Shown in pieces: positions 1 to 11,400 of a stretch of DNA of 64,000 nt. The stretch spans positions 11,346,001 through 11,410,000 of the forward strand of contig JBHGNT010000012.1 in NCBI GenBank assembly GCA_043228905.1. The letters are read 5' to 3'. A program made the translations under genes and the position numbers. Below the pieces are notes generated by a model. It was not told the DNA's origin. It made no database searches and saw nothing but the letters and a program-made list of their open reading frames with translations. This DNA comes from Azolla caroliniana (Eukaryota; Plantae; Polypodiophyta). Every line of letters begins with the position of its first letter. The first letter of the stretch is position 1.

Positions 1-2
1 AA

Positions 3-1178
3 GCCAGTGATATGGCTGAAAGATACAAAAGTGTATCCGCATCGGCGGAGGTGCTGAAACATCAGTTTTGTAACATACAGGCAGAAAATAAAGAACTAAA
101 GGAAAGTCTAAACAAATGGGAAACACAGGCACGGCTTATGGTGTCGGAGTCAGAATGGCAGCAGAAATTGGAGGACGCTGAGAAAGCACGTCAAGCAGAA
201 ACAACAAGGGCCAACAATGTTGTATTTCGAACTACAGAATTAGAAAAACAAATAGAAACCATTCAGAATGGTCAATACAAAATTCTCGAAGAAAAAAATC
301 AAGTAATAAACGAATTACAGAAAAATCTAGAAGAAGCTAAGACGGCCAATCATACATATACTGAACAAATTGAAGAATTCGAAAGGTATATAGTGTCACA
401 GGAAAGTCAATTGACAGAAAAAGAGCGGAGTCTTGAAGAAGTCAACAGAAGAATGACGGAACAGCAGGAGGAATGGAGTAAAGAGAAATCGGCATTCGAA
501 CAACAACTGGAAGAAATTCGGAAGATATCGGAACAAAGACGGCTGGATATATATGTAGTCGAATCCAAACTAATGCGAGCTGAAAGTGAGAACCGAACCA
601 CTATTACGGATTTACAGAAAGAGTTGCAGACCGCCCAATACGTCGCAAGCATCACTAGGGACAAAGTGCAGCACATCATAGGGAAACATCGAAACCTAGC
701 AAAGAAAATGATCGATGAATCCCTTGCGCAAGGATGGAAGTTATGGACAGCACAAGCGGCGGAATTACAGTTATTGCGTGCCGACAAAAATAACCGGCAG
801 GTCCAAGGTGCAGGTTTTTTTAAAATGGCACAAAAGGATATTGACAATATCCAAGAGGATATCATGAAAGATATGGACGAAATTGCGGCATTTTACAGAG
901 AAGAAATTCAATGTATTATGCAAGAATTCGACAAAAATGATATAGGCACTTCCGTCCAGTTGGATAAAATCGAAGCCGAAAGAACCAGCAAGATTCCTAG
1001 TATTCACGCTTCCGGAAGAAGCGAACCAGAGCAGCCAACCGAATCACAACCTGCTCCGAAGGACGACTGTGACACAGATGAAGATGAAGAGGAAGATATA
1101 GGTGGAATACATCCAAGGCCAGATGAGCCTTCGATTTTTGATATTCTGAACGATTCGGATGAAGAGCTACAGGAATAG
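3..1178 (+). CDS. Retrotransposon-associated extra ORF: long coiled-coil protein with acidic tail, 5' end outside window
   Basis: The frame is open from the window edge. It is E/K/Q-rich and heptad-like for ~300 aa, followed by an acidic DEDEEEDI tail. The stop lies 44 bp from the LTR at 1223. No gag/pol motifs. Confidence 0.65.
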   Translation, partial: ASDMAERYKSVSASAEVLKHQFCNIQAENKELKESLNKWETQARLMVSESEWQQKLEDAEKARQAETTRANNVVFRTTELEKQIETIQNGQYKILEEKNQVINELQKNLEEAKTANHTYTEQIEEFERYIVSQESQLTEKERSLEEVNRRMTEQQEEWSKEKSAFEQQLEEIRKISEQRRLDIYVVESKLMRAESENRTTITDLQKELQTAQYVASITRDKVQHIIGKHRNLAKKMIDESLAQGWKLWTAQAAELQLLRADKNNRQVQGAGFFKMAQKDIDNIQEDIMKDMDEIAAFYREEIQCIMQEFDKNDIGTSVQLDKIEAERTSKIPSIHASGRSEPEQPTESQPAPKDDCDTDEDEEEDIGGIHPRPDEPSIFDILNDSDEELQE

Positions 1179-1180
1179 GC

Positions 1181-1220
1181 GTGGGTTCGCTGGACAAGGT
1201 CCTGGCCCACGGACGTGCCA
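1181..1220 (-). other. Primer-binding-site-like sequence (tRNA-Arg-like), bipartite
   Basis: The - strand reads LTR end TAACA-CT-TGGCACGTCCGTGGG, then a 16-nt spacer, then CGAACCCAC. This is complementary to a tRNA 3' end and T-arm. Confidence 0.65.
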
Positions 1221-1222
1221 AG

Positions 1223-1679
1223 TGTTACCCGGACCCGGACAGTCAGTTTTACCGAACAAGTGGGAAAGCGTCGAAAACAGAGTCGGTTCGGATCGACTGT
1301 TCGGATCAATGACTCAGCAGTAAACGAAGAGAACTAAGTTAGTTAGATAATTTTGTAAATCTTGATAGTAAGTAGGAATAGTTCTTGATGAGAAAAGACC
1401 TTCGGTATACCTATAAAAGGGAACCGAAGGCATTGTAAGAAAGGTCGTTCTATTTAGTAATATAAGTTTAAGTTAGGAATATCTTGTACGAATTCTGTGT
1501 TCCTTCTATTGTCTATGATCTTAAGTGCAAGCTTCCTAATTTATAACTAAATAACGATCACGGTAATTACCGATTAATATAGTATAATTCCGTTCGTAAA
1601 ACACAATTCCTTGTTAGAACGTTGAGTAGCGACGTTCACTCTTCTGTATCGGTAGTAGTTAGTAATTAGCCGATTAACA
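1223..1679. mobile_element. LTR (457 bp) of the element carrying the coiled-coil ORF
   Basis: TGTTA...TAACA termini and TATAAAA at 1412. Immediately after 1679 the sequence switches to Gypsy RNase H coding sequence. Confidence 0.75.
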
Positions 1680-3870
1680 TGGTTTCAATGCTCAAAAGAG
1701 TCCATGATTGCCCAAAGCTCCTTGTCATGAATCTCATAATTAATTTTCCCAACTTCAAATTTCTATGAATGAAAAGCAATGGGATATAATTGCCCCTTAT
1801 CTTTGGGTTGTGAGAGGACACTTTCGAGTGAGAAATCTAATGCATTAACTTCCAAACTAAAAGGTTTAGCTTAGCCAACATCGATCAAATTTGTGTAAGA
1901 GGCACATTCCTCGAATACATAGAGATTCCTTCCACTTAGACTATGTATGTACCCGAGGAATCCCACTTGGTTGAGATCAAAACTACATTTCTCGCGTTTG
2001 GCATAAAGACCATATCCTTGTAATAGTCGTAGAACTTGGCGTACATGCTCATCATGCTCCTCTTGAGTCTTGGAAAATATTGAGATGTCGTCCAAATAAA
2101 TGATGGTGAATATATTCAAGAAGTCCCCAAAAATATAATTGGCCATATGTTGAAAAACCGTTATCGTGAAGTTACGCGTGTACTTGTGCTACTTGAGTAG
2201 GACCACCGAGGATTTGAACTAGAAAGGATGGGTGACTTGAAGGCTCGTTAGAGTCAGAAGATCGTCAAAGTCAAAAGATTATTAGAGTCGAAGGCTTTGC
2301 AAAGTCGAAGGCGTTGTAGAGTCAAAGTAAGTTAGAGTCGAAGATTCTTTAGAGTCAAAGGCAGGTCATAATTGAATATTCTTCAAAGTGGAGGGCTCTT
2401 GAGACTCGAAAGTAGCGAGAAGCCGAACAACAAATTATACGTGAGTTTAAGATTGAAATACATAATTACCCTAAAGACCATGAGGTTACGAATGAATTTT
2501 ACAATATTAAGTCCAAAATCGATAGATTAAGAAAGAAAATCCTATTATAAAATAAGGATTACAAGTTTTTGGGGTAAACGATTATGATGGCGGTAATGTT
2601 TTGTAAATAAAACATAACTAAGAACCCTAAATTTCATGAAGAAGATGTAAATAAAACCTTGAGACATCAAGTATGTTGTGGAGAAGAAGATAAGGATGAA
2701 GAGGAAAAGAATAATCAAAGAAGATTTGTTCATGAATGAAGCTTAAGGGGGAAATCCTCGAGTTTCGATGCAACGTCCCAACGATTGACAACCACTTCAC
2801 CTCTTGTCAATGTTGGTCTTACACACCCTCTTGATTCGCTACCCTAGCTTCTTCACTTCTCGTATTACAAGCTCTTAGCAATTGAGCTAAAACTTTATTA
2901 CTATTTTTAGATACGACACGTTACTTGTCCTTCATACCATGTCTTAGCTTTATCATTCAACCTTTATTATGTTTGTAGTTTAACTTATTTTCTCCTATGT
3001 GCACCCCACATCACGACACCATAGGAGCATTTGTGAGATCGAATGGAATAAATGTAGACTCAAAATGCCCATATCAAGTGCGAAATGCAATTTTCCATTC
3101 ATCACCAGATGAATTCGAACTAGATTATAAGCACCTCGAAGATTGAGTTTTGTAGAGTATTTGACTCTACTCAAGCACTCAAAAAGTGTTGAGATTAAAG
3201 GTAAGGCATACCGTTTCCAAATTGTGATTTTGTTTAAGCCTCGATAATCTACCACCAAGGGAAGTGATCAATCTTTCTTCTTGACAAAAAATATTGGTGC
3301 ACCAACAAGAGAATTGGGATGATGAATAAATCCAATTGCTAAATTTTCATCGATATAATCACGAAGAACCTTGAGCTCTATTGGCGATAAATCATAAATT
3401 GGTCCCCATAACAAATCTTTCCTTGGTTGAAGATCGATAGGACAATCGTAAGGTCGATATTCTGGGAGACTAACAACCTTGTCCTTATCAAAGACATCTT
3501 GGAATTCTTGATACTTGGTTGAATGTAAGGTACTCAACTTTTGTAGAGTTGGTGTTGGCATTGTTATTATTGCAAAAATAAACATTTGTTCTTTTTGTCC
3601 CTCTTTGCATCAACTTTTTAGAGATATTGTTGAGATCTTATGGCACTTTGAATTTGAGTTATAAAAAATAGGGAAATTTGATTTGTGGTTTTTCTAGGAT
3701 TCTAGGATAACTCGTTTCCTCTAGTCAATTTGTTGGTTGTGGTAGATAAAGGACAATAAGAGGTAATAGTTTAGGACTATGGATGATATTGAATGAAATG
3801 ACACAAGCCAAATCATCGAGAACTACATTAATTGACTCAGACTCTTCAATTATGTCTCCAATTCATTCTT
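1680..3870 (-). pseudogene. Degenerate Ty3/Gypsy pol (Tcn1/Tf2-like chromovirus): PR-RT-RNase H remnants
   Basis: Motifs YDCPIDLQP, GAPIFFVKKKD, VVDYRGLNKIT, LRGAYNLVRI, YLDDISIFS and NYEIHDKELWAIM, with many stops and frameshifts. Confidence 0.9.
2162..3018. mobile_element. Solo LTR inserted in the Gypsy RT
   Basis: Termini T(A)TCGTGA...TCACGACA with flanks CCGT/CCAT. RT coding (NAP|TVFQHM) resumes across the insertion. Confidence 0.7.
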
Positions 3871-4791
3871 TGACATATTCTTGTAACCCTTGTTCTCATT
3901 GTTAATTTCCTCTTCTCATTCTCTTATTCACTTTAAAGTTGTCCTTGGCTATGACCCTAATAGTTTGAATCGGAATAGTTCATCAATATTCTAATACATG
4001 TTTATGTAACATGGTTTGGATACGTGCATGCACGCCACCTCATAGGCACACATGATCACCACTTGGCATTCATGCAAGCATGACACTTAGTGATCATGCG
4101 TTCGGCTATGCAAGGTGGTGACATTTATCCCAATGATTTAATAGAAGTATATATATAAACAAGAAGAAGATATAAGCTATCCTACTGGTTGGGGTTAGAC
4201 ATCTACTTTGAATAAGTCATGGGTTTAAATTACAAGTTTGGAGTTTGGCATATGTTTGTAACACTAGATAGATGGTGTGTTTATGTCTAATTTTAAAGTC
4301 TAAGACTTTGTCTACGAGTAAGTTTGTATACCTTTCATAGTTTTCAAACATATTGGTTTATTTGCATAATCGATCGATCTTTTAGTTGGCAAAGCACATC
4401 AAAACACAATTCCGTCAAATAGTCATTACAATAGTGCAATCTTTTAAATTGGGGGATTAACGTCTTGGGTTTAGGCTTGAGTCGAGCTGTTGCCGACTCC
4501 TATGTGTCGACGGACAAGTGTTGAAGGGCGGATGGGATGGGATGACAAGAGGGAGGGAGGGAACGAGAAAGAAAGATACATGTTATCATAGTCTTTTTCA
4601 ACATGCCAAAATGGCTCTCCCTATATGATATGTATGTATATTTACACGCCCACGCCCATGCCCATGCCCATGCCCACGCTCACCAAACACAAAAGACAAG
4701 AAGATACAAATTTTTACTGCTTTTTACTTAATTAATTAAGTAGGGTGGTGGTGTTGCCCCTCGTCTCTCTCGTCTTTCGTCTTTCGTCTTC

Positions 4792-4822
<31 letters not shown>

Positions 4823-4926
4823 CGCGAACAGAACGTTTCTTCCAAAAAGTCTGTCTTATTTCATTCAAAAAAGAAAAAAAAGGCCTCTCTCTCTGTCTCT
4901 GTCTCTGTCTCTGTCTCTCTGTCTGT
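4792..4926. promoter_or_regulatory. GA/CT microsatellite tracts in the kinesin promoter or 5' leader
   Basis: (GA)n at 4792-4818 and (CT/CTGT)n at 4885-4926, just upstream of exon 1. There is also a (GCCCAT)n tract near 4646-4680. Confidence 0.5.
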
Positions 4927-5118
4927 CCTCCGTTTTGGATCGCTCGCCTCTTTATCTATGAATGTACATATATATATATATGTATAACAACAGTATACAT
5001 TTATGTAATGGAAGAAGGGTAGGTTTCCATGGCGTAGATCAATGAATGGCGATGCAGCAGAGGTTACGCAGACCAAAGCAGCACCACGACAGCAGCGACG
5101 ACGAAGAAGCAGAAGACG

Positions 5119-5433
5119 ATGACGGCGATGGCGGCGCAGCAGGTGACATTGCAGGAGGAGTCAGAGGAGTCAGAGGAGGAGGCAGCGGAGGAAAGGGGGG
5201 GCAGGAGTGAGAGGAGGGTAAACGTGGTGGTCAGGGTGAGGCCGCCGTTGCAGAGAGAGAAACAGTTGGAATACCATAAATGCGTGTCTGTTGAGGCCCT
5301 CGGGCGCTCCCTTACCCTGTTTCAACCCCTTTCTCCTTCTGCTACCAATTCTGCCAAACAACCTCTGTCTCCACCTCATCTTATCCCTCGCACCTTCACC
5401 TTCGATTACGTGGCTGACCAATCCGTCAATCAG
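5119..5433 (+). CDS. Kinesin exon 1
   Basis: [11 protein letters not shown]...[14 protein letters not shown], then GT donor. The start codon is uncertain. Confidence 0.85.
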
Positions 5434-8400
5434 GTTGGTTGGTGCTTTAATGTCTCTCTGTCGTTTGGAAGGGGTAGCCCCCTACATCTCCTTTGGAACC
5501 TCTTTTCTGAGTATGTGCATGCACGATGTTTTGAGTGATTACATGGCCACTAATTCATTGCCTTCTTTTCTCGATTGAACATACCTTGTTTAGTTAAATG
5601 AAAATACAAGGTTATCCATGGCACATGCAAAAAATGGTTTTTGCATGTGCCATGGATAACCTTGCATTTTCAGTTACAGACTGTGGAACAATAAATATCT
5701 TGCGTTCAAACAATTTTGTGGTTTTACTTCATATATATGAAAGCATCAATGAAGTTTTCTGAGATTATCTACAATCAACAGAGTAAAACAGGATACCTTA
5801 GAACTCGAAACAAATCATGTGTTTCTGCATCTGTGTATCTCTGAGCTTTTATATGTGCAATAGAGCACACATGAATCCATTGCAACAGGAAAGATGTAAA
5901 CATGGAATGGACAAGCAATGGATGTCAAGTAGAACATTCAAAGATTTAAATGGATTTCTAGTCTATGATGTAGATGAAGCTCTCTTTTTGAAATTGCATT
6001 TCCAATAGCTGAGATTTTATCCTTCCCATAATTCAGCGACATTCTCTCAAATTGGATCACTTTCTGGAAACCGAGGCTAAATTTGGCTTGCAAATGAATA
6101 AGTCTTCTGGTTGAAGACCTACCATGAATGGTTTCCAGTAACTCCCTCGCTGTCTCCTTCAAGCTTAATTGCAGAATTGTACTGGTTTAAAGTGAATGTT
6201 ATGCATGTGACTCATGTCACATGCGTCTTGCCCCGCCCGGAGTAGTTTCAAAATTATCTTCAATTACACCTCCGAAACTTTTTCTTGTAGCCAGAGAATT
6301 CTCAGCTTGAAATTTAAGACGAACAACCACATGACTTCAAAATTGGTTTGAACGATCTAAAGTCAAAAGAGGAATTGCTGATCCAGGTTTCTCCAGATCA
6401 GAGTTTGGTCACATCATTGTGACTCTGGATTCTTTGTTGAGTTGAGCATAGAAAAGACATTGGTCAGATAATTCTCCTTGCTTTTGAGCTGCAGGCGCCC
6501 TTGAACTATGGTGTTATCATTAAATCTTAACAAGACAATTAGCATCACGTTTTACGTATAACTTCTTGGTTATGAATGAAGGCTCATAATTTTCTGGAAT
6601 ACAAAAATTATAAAGGGGGGACACACACCGAGGAAGATTGTTGAAAACAGAGTGCCTGTGCTCGTCATTTAGATGTACACAATTATAAAAGAATTGAGTG
6701 CTCAACAATTAGATAAGTAGGCGCTTCTATAATGGAGCTATTAATAAGTTTAATATCTTTTCCTTCGATTTATCCTTGTAAAATAATACATCTATCCTAT
6801 GCGCTGCACAGTGTGATAGGGAAGCTGCGAACTTCATCACATCAATTAGAGATTGAGTTAGGCATATATGAATGAATACCTCTAGAATGAAGAATTTGCC
6901 AGTTGTGTCATCAGGGGGAGGGGAATTTGAACAACACTATATTTATCACTGTAGTGTTCTTATGAAATAAGAGGGAGATACCATTGCATATTTAAACAAG
7001 GCTTGGCCCACTACGCAAGCTAATGGAATATAAGGACCAACAATGCTTGGGACTTTTCTTGCTAGAAATCAAGAGACAGGGAAAAGTTGTAGGACAACAA
7101 TACAACCACACAATCTTATCAACAAAGAACAATCACAACTTCTTTTAGCCACATCGCTCCTACTCATGATACACGTCAATCAAGGTCTACACAAATGGGC
7201 TCTTCACCAGGACCTAACAAAGGGATTATTATAGATTGTTGTGCACATAGGCCTTGACTCCATGGACCACGATCTCACACCCTTGTTATTGACATGTAAA
7301 GGCCATTATCTCCTGCCATCGTGTGTGCTTCCCGCGCATCGGAGACCTCTCCATTCTGGATCGAGCTATGTTAGACATCTTTTGAAGACAAAAGTTATAA
7401 TATATCTAACTTGTGAATCTTACATGTACCAATAACAAAATTCTTTAGTCTCTATTTATTTGATTGTTCTCAAAGACGAGACAACACTTAAGATGTAATC
7501 TCTTGTTTGGTCTTATAGGCCATTTTGGCCTATTATAAGACGTTTATATATGTTTCTTTCAAAAATGTTTCTATGATGGGGGACGAACACTAGAAGAGAA
7601 TTCTTAGAAAACTGAATCCTCCTAAAATTAAAATTACGAAATAACAAGCGTTTACTAGGCACACCAACAATACTCATAATTTTTCTCGAATAGAAAATTT
7701 TCCAGAACAGTTGGAGAAGCACTTGAGGAAATTGTCAAAAGGTCGAGTTCTACGAAAAACCAATTTCTGAAATTGGATTTGGTATTTCTAGCTACCCACT
7801 ACTGTTTTATATTCGGTTTAAGCAATGTCTTCTAGCAGTCTATTCCACACAAGATTCAATGCACTTTTCAGCTCGTAATGCATCTACAAACAAGTGCAAG
7901 CCTTCAATATTGGTTGGATAATGCTCTTCTAAGCTACAAAATTTGCCTTCCTATCATGGCGCAGGCTCTCATGAACTACAACATTATGATTAAGTCTGCA
8001 TAAGATGTTAAGCATCACTTTCAGTTATTACTTTCTTGGTTCTGAAAGGATTCTGCTAGTTTTCTGGAGTTCTGCTAGTTTATAAGGGGGCATACACCTA
8101 ATGAAGATCATTTAGATCTACACAATGAGAAAGGAATTGAGTGTTCAACGATTAGGTAAGTATATTCTTGTCGAAATAGAGGAACTAGTAAGGTTATGTC
8201 TATTCCTCTGAAATACTTGTGTAAAACATTACTCCTGATTTTCTTAAACAGGAACATCTCTATGATGGGGAATGAACAACAAACATTAGTGCGAAGATTA
8301 AGCAGTCAATAACACAAAGATTAACATACCTTAACACGCATATTAAGTAGACATTATTGCAGAGATTAAGCACAGATCAATGCAGAGATTAAGTAGAGAG

Positions 8401-11400
8401 TAATATTGAATATTAAGCAGGATTAATGCAAAGATTAAGCAAATATTAATGCAGAGTTTAATATGACTATAAATGGATAGAAGTCTGAGGTCAAAATGGC
8501 CTGTTGTAAAATAAGAGACTCATCATGAGAGATGGATACACCACACCCATGGAGATACCACCCAATGATAAATCATTGAATTCCTCGAAGGCATCAGTCA
8601 TGAAGATTTGCGGTTTAAAACATATTCATTCTATTAATTCAAAGCGTTTATTACTACTTATCTTGATATGTGGGACAAGGATTTCGGAATTTTATTGTTG
8701 TAAATCTTGAGAATGCATTGAAGAGTGGAGAAAGATTTCTTATTTGATGAGGGAAGCTATTGTTTCTTCAATTTAGCTAATAAGATTTGGATTTTTAAAA
8801 CCTTTTATCCTGCCTTAAAGTCCATGATCTTGTAGGTTAATGTAAACTTTTTATTTGATTGAACTTTCTTATGCATGTCGATAATTATATTTTTAATATT
8901 TTTTTGAGTATTTTTTACTACATGAACAAAGTTCTCTAAATCATTTATTCACCTTTTAATTGTTCTATGATTCACATGCAGGAGGAAATGTTTGTATCAG
9001 TTGGGAGGCCAATGGCTCATGCTTGTTTGCAAGGATATCATTGTTGTCTCATTGCTTATGGTATACCTGTGTATAAATCATGAAATTATATGATATTATT
9101 CATATAAATACAAAAATCCTGTTTTTTTGTCCATGGTAACAAATAAAATAGAGGAAGAATGTCTTTATAGGTCAAACTGGTGCTGGAAAGACTTACACAA
9201 TGGAAGGTAACCTTCCATTTCCTTTTCTGTGCTTGCGGCAACATTTGCAATATCATGTGATGAAGCTTGATGGATGGGGATTTATTTATGCATTGTATTC
9301 TTTATGATCCTCAAGAGTATTTTTATCTTTATTTTATTTATGAGATAGAAGGGTGATTACCACAGAGAAGGCTTTGATGATGGTGATTGGCCTAATTAGA
9401 CCTTGCCGTTTCAACTGATCTCTTAGAACTGATGTAGGATATTTTGAGGATGTCTTTAGAAATATAGATTTGGCATGTGCACTATGCCACCCCAATTTGT
9501 AGGGAGCAAATGTTCTTTTTCATGGGCCTAGTTGACGCCAACCTGAACCATAAATCTGATGTGCTTATCTTAATGAAATCAAAGCTATCATCACATGAAA
9601 TTTGAGATGCTCCCATTGTTCCACATGCTGTTCCATATTTTTTCACCCCTTGATGTATGTTTTTAAAGGCCAGCTATTTCAGTTCGAATGATCAGACAAC
9701 AAACCTGAGTGCTGGTGATTCATGACTGTATTTCAGGCCATTTAGTTTTACTGGACTAGAACAGAATGATTTGAGCCGATATCATTAAATTGTACAATGA
9801 AAGAACATGGATCTGCCCCACAACATCTCTTGGCAGGAACATAGCCCACTGTAAGGCACTCTTTTACACACATCGCAGGATGGATTTATTGTTTGGCCTT
9901 CTTACCAGAGTGATTTGAGCTGATATCATTAAATTTGATAGTGTAAGAACATGGATCAACCCCACAAAACATCTCTTGGTAGGAAGATGCCTCATTATAA
10001 GGCACTCTTTTTACACATGTTGCAGGATGAATTCATAGTTAGGCCTTCATATTGTTGGAGGGTGGCAGCTCTAGACCTGCACTCTCTTTCATCTTTATTA
10101 TCTCTGTACTACATTCTCTCTCTTCCCAGATTCTTCTCTCTCTAGAATCTGCAATGCTTTAAATGCCGTTTGTCTCTTCCAATTTTTCCAAGATATTCCC
10201 TTTTTATTCCTAGTTTATTGTACCTGTTTGGTAGTACAAGAGTCTCTTAACTACCAAACAACCATTCCCAATTTTGTATAAATAGGCTTATACCAGCCTC
10301 TTTTGTAATAAGATTATTTTCTGCTGCTACTTACAAACAAGCACAACTCTTTGGCTGTGTCTCTACTCTTTGCAACCATTTTTTCTACTGCTGTCTAACA
10401 GCTTTCTCATAGCTTGGCTGTGTCTATTTTGTTCTAACTCTTCCGCTGCTGCTATTAACAGCTTTTCTCACATGGTATCATAGCAGTGAGGTATCCATAT
10501 CCTCGGCCTGATTTTTTTTACCAAAGAGCACACAGACCTCTCTTCTTTTATCCCTCCCTCCCAACCCTATAGAGGAGGTTCTCTTAGCAGCCACCCTCCC
10601 AACCTACAGAGGAGGTTCTTTTTTTTTCTTCTCCCCTCATATGAGCCTCACCTAGCATCTAGGGAGAAGTAGAAAGACCCTGAGCATCTACTTACAACTG
10701 CTGTAAATTGTCCAGTTGTAGCTCAAGAGGAGGATATCCATGGCCTCACATGCCACGATTGTTTCATCAACCATTCCCCAACTCCCCAAACAGTCCATCT
10801 TGGATGGTAACAATTACTTGGATTGGGAGCTACAAAAAAAGACCTTGCTACAATACCATCGTTTATGGAATGTAGTCAATGGTAGTGACAAGAAATCACC
10901 AGTAACTTCATCCTCTTCAACCAAATCAGTTGCTGCCTCATCTAATGCTGAGATTGAAGCGTGGCTAGATAAGGATTCTCGCGCCCATGCTTTCCTCATG
11001 TTTAATATTAAACCGAGCATCGCTCGTCAATTTCAAGATACAGACGAAGAGACAACCAATGAACTATGGACATCCATCAAAAAGAGGTACCATTGAGCTA
11101 ATCATGCTCAAATCAACTAGCTAATCTCAAGGTTCATGACACTCCCAACATCATGGATCAAATAACGCAATTTGTTACTCGCCAAAAGGAACTAGTTTCT
11201 TTGGGAAGCAAGTCATCTGAAGTTGAGTTTGTGCATCGTCTAATGATAAAGTTGCCTGAGTCATTCTCAGCATTTTGTGACACAATTTCTCTTCTTCCCA
11301 ACATACTTGATATGAATACATTTCTTGGTATGCTACAAGATAGGGCAACAAGGAAGAAAAGTGCTCAAAATTCCAATGAGAGGCTTCTACATGCGACAAG

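Noticed and set aside
1179-1220. Genuine tRNA gene or ribozyme
   Set aside because: No D arm, anticodon arm or hammerhead core. Only the 3' tRNA-like portion is present.
5938-6530. Possible antisense gene fragment in intron 1
   Set aside because: No recognisable motif or consistent frame.
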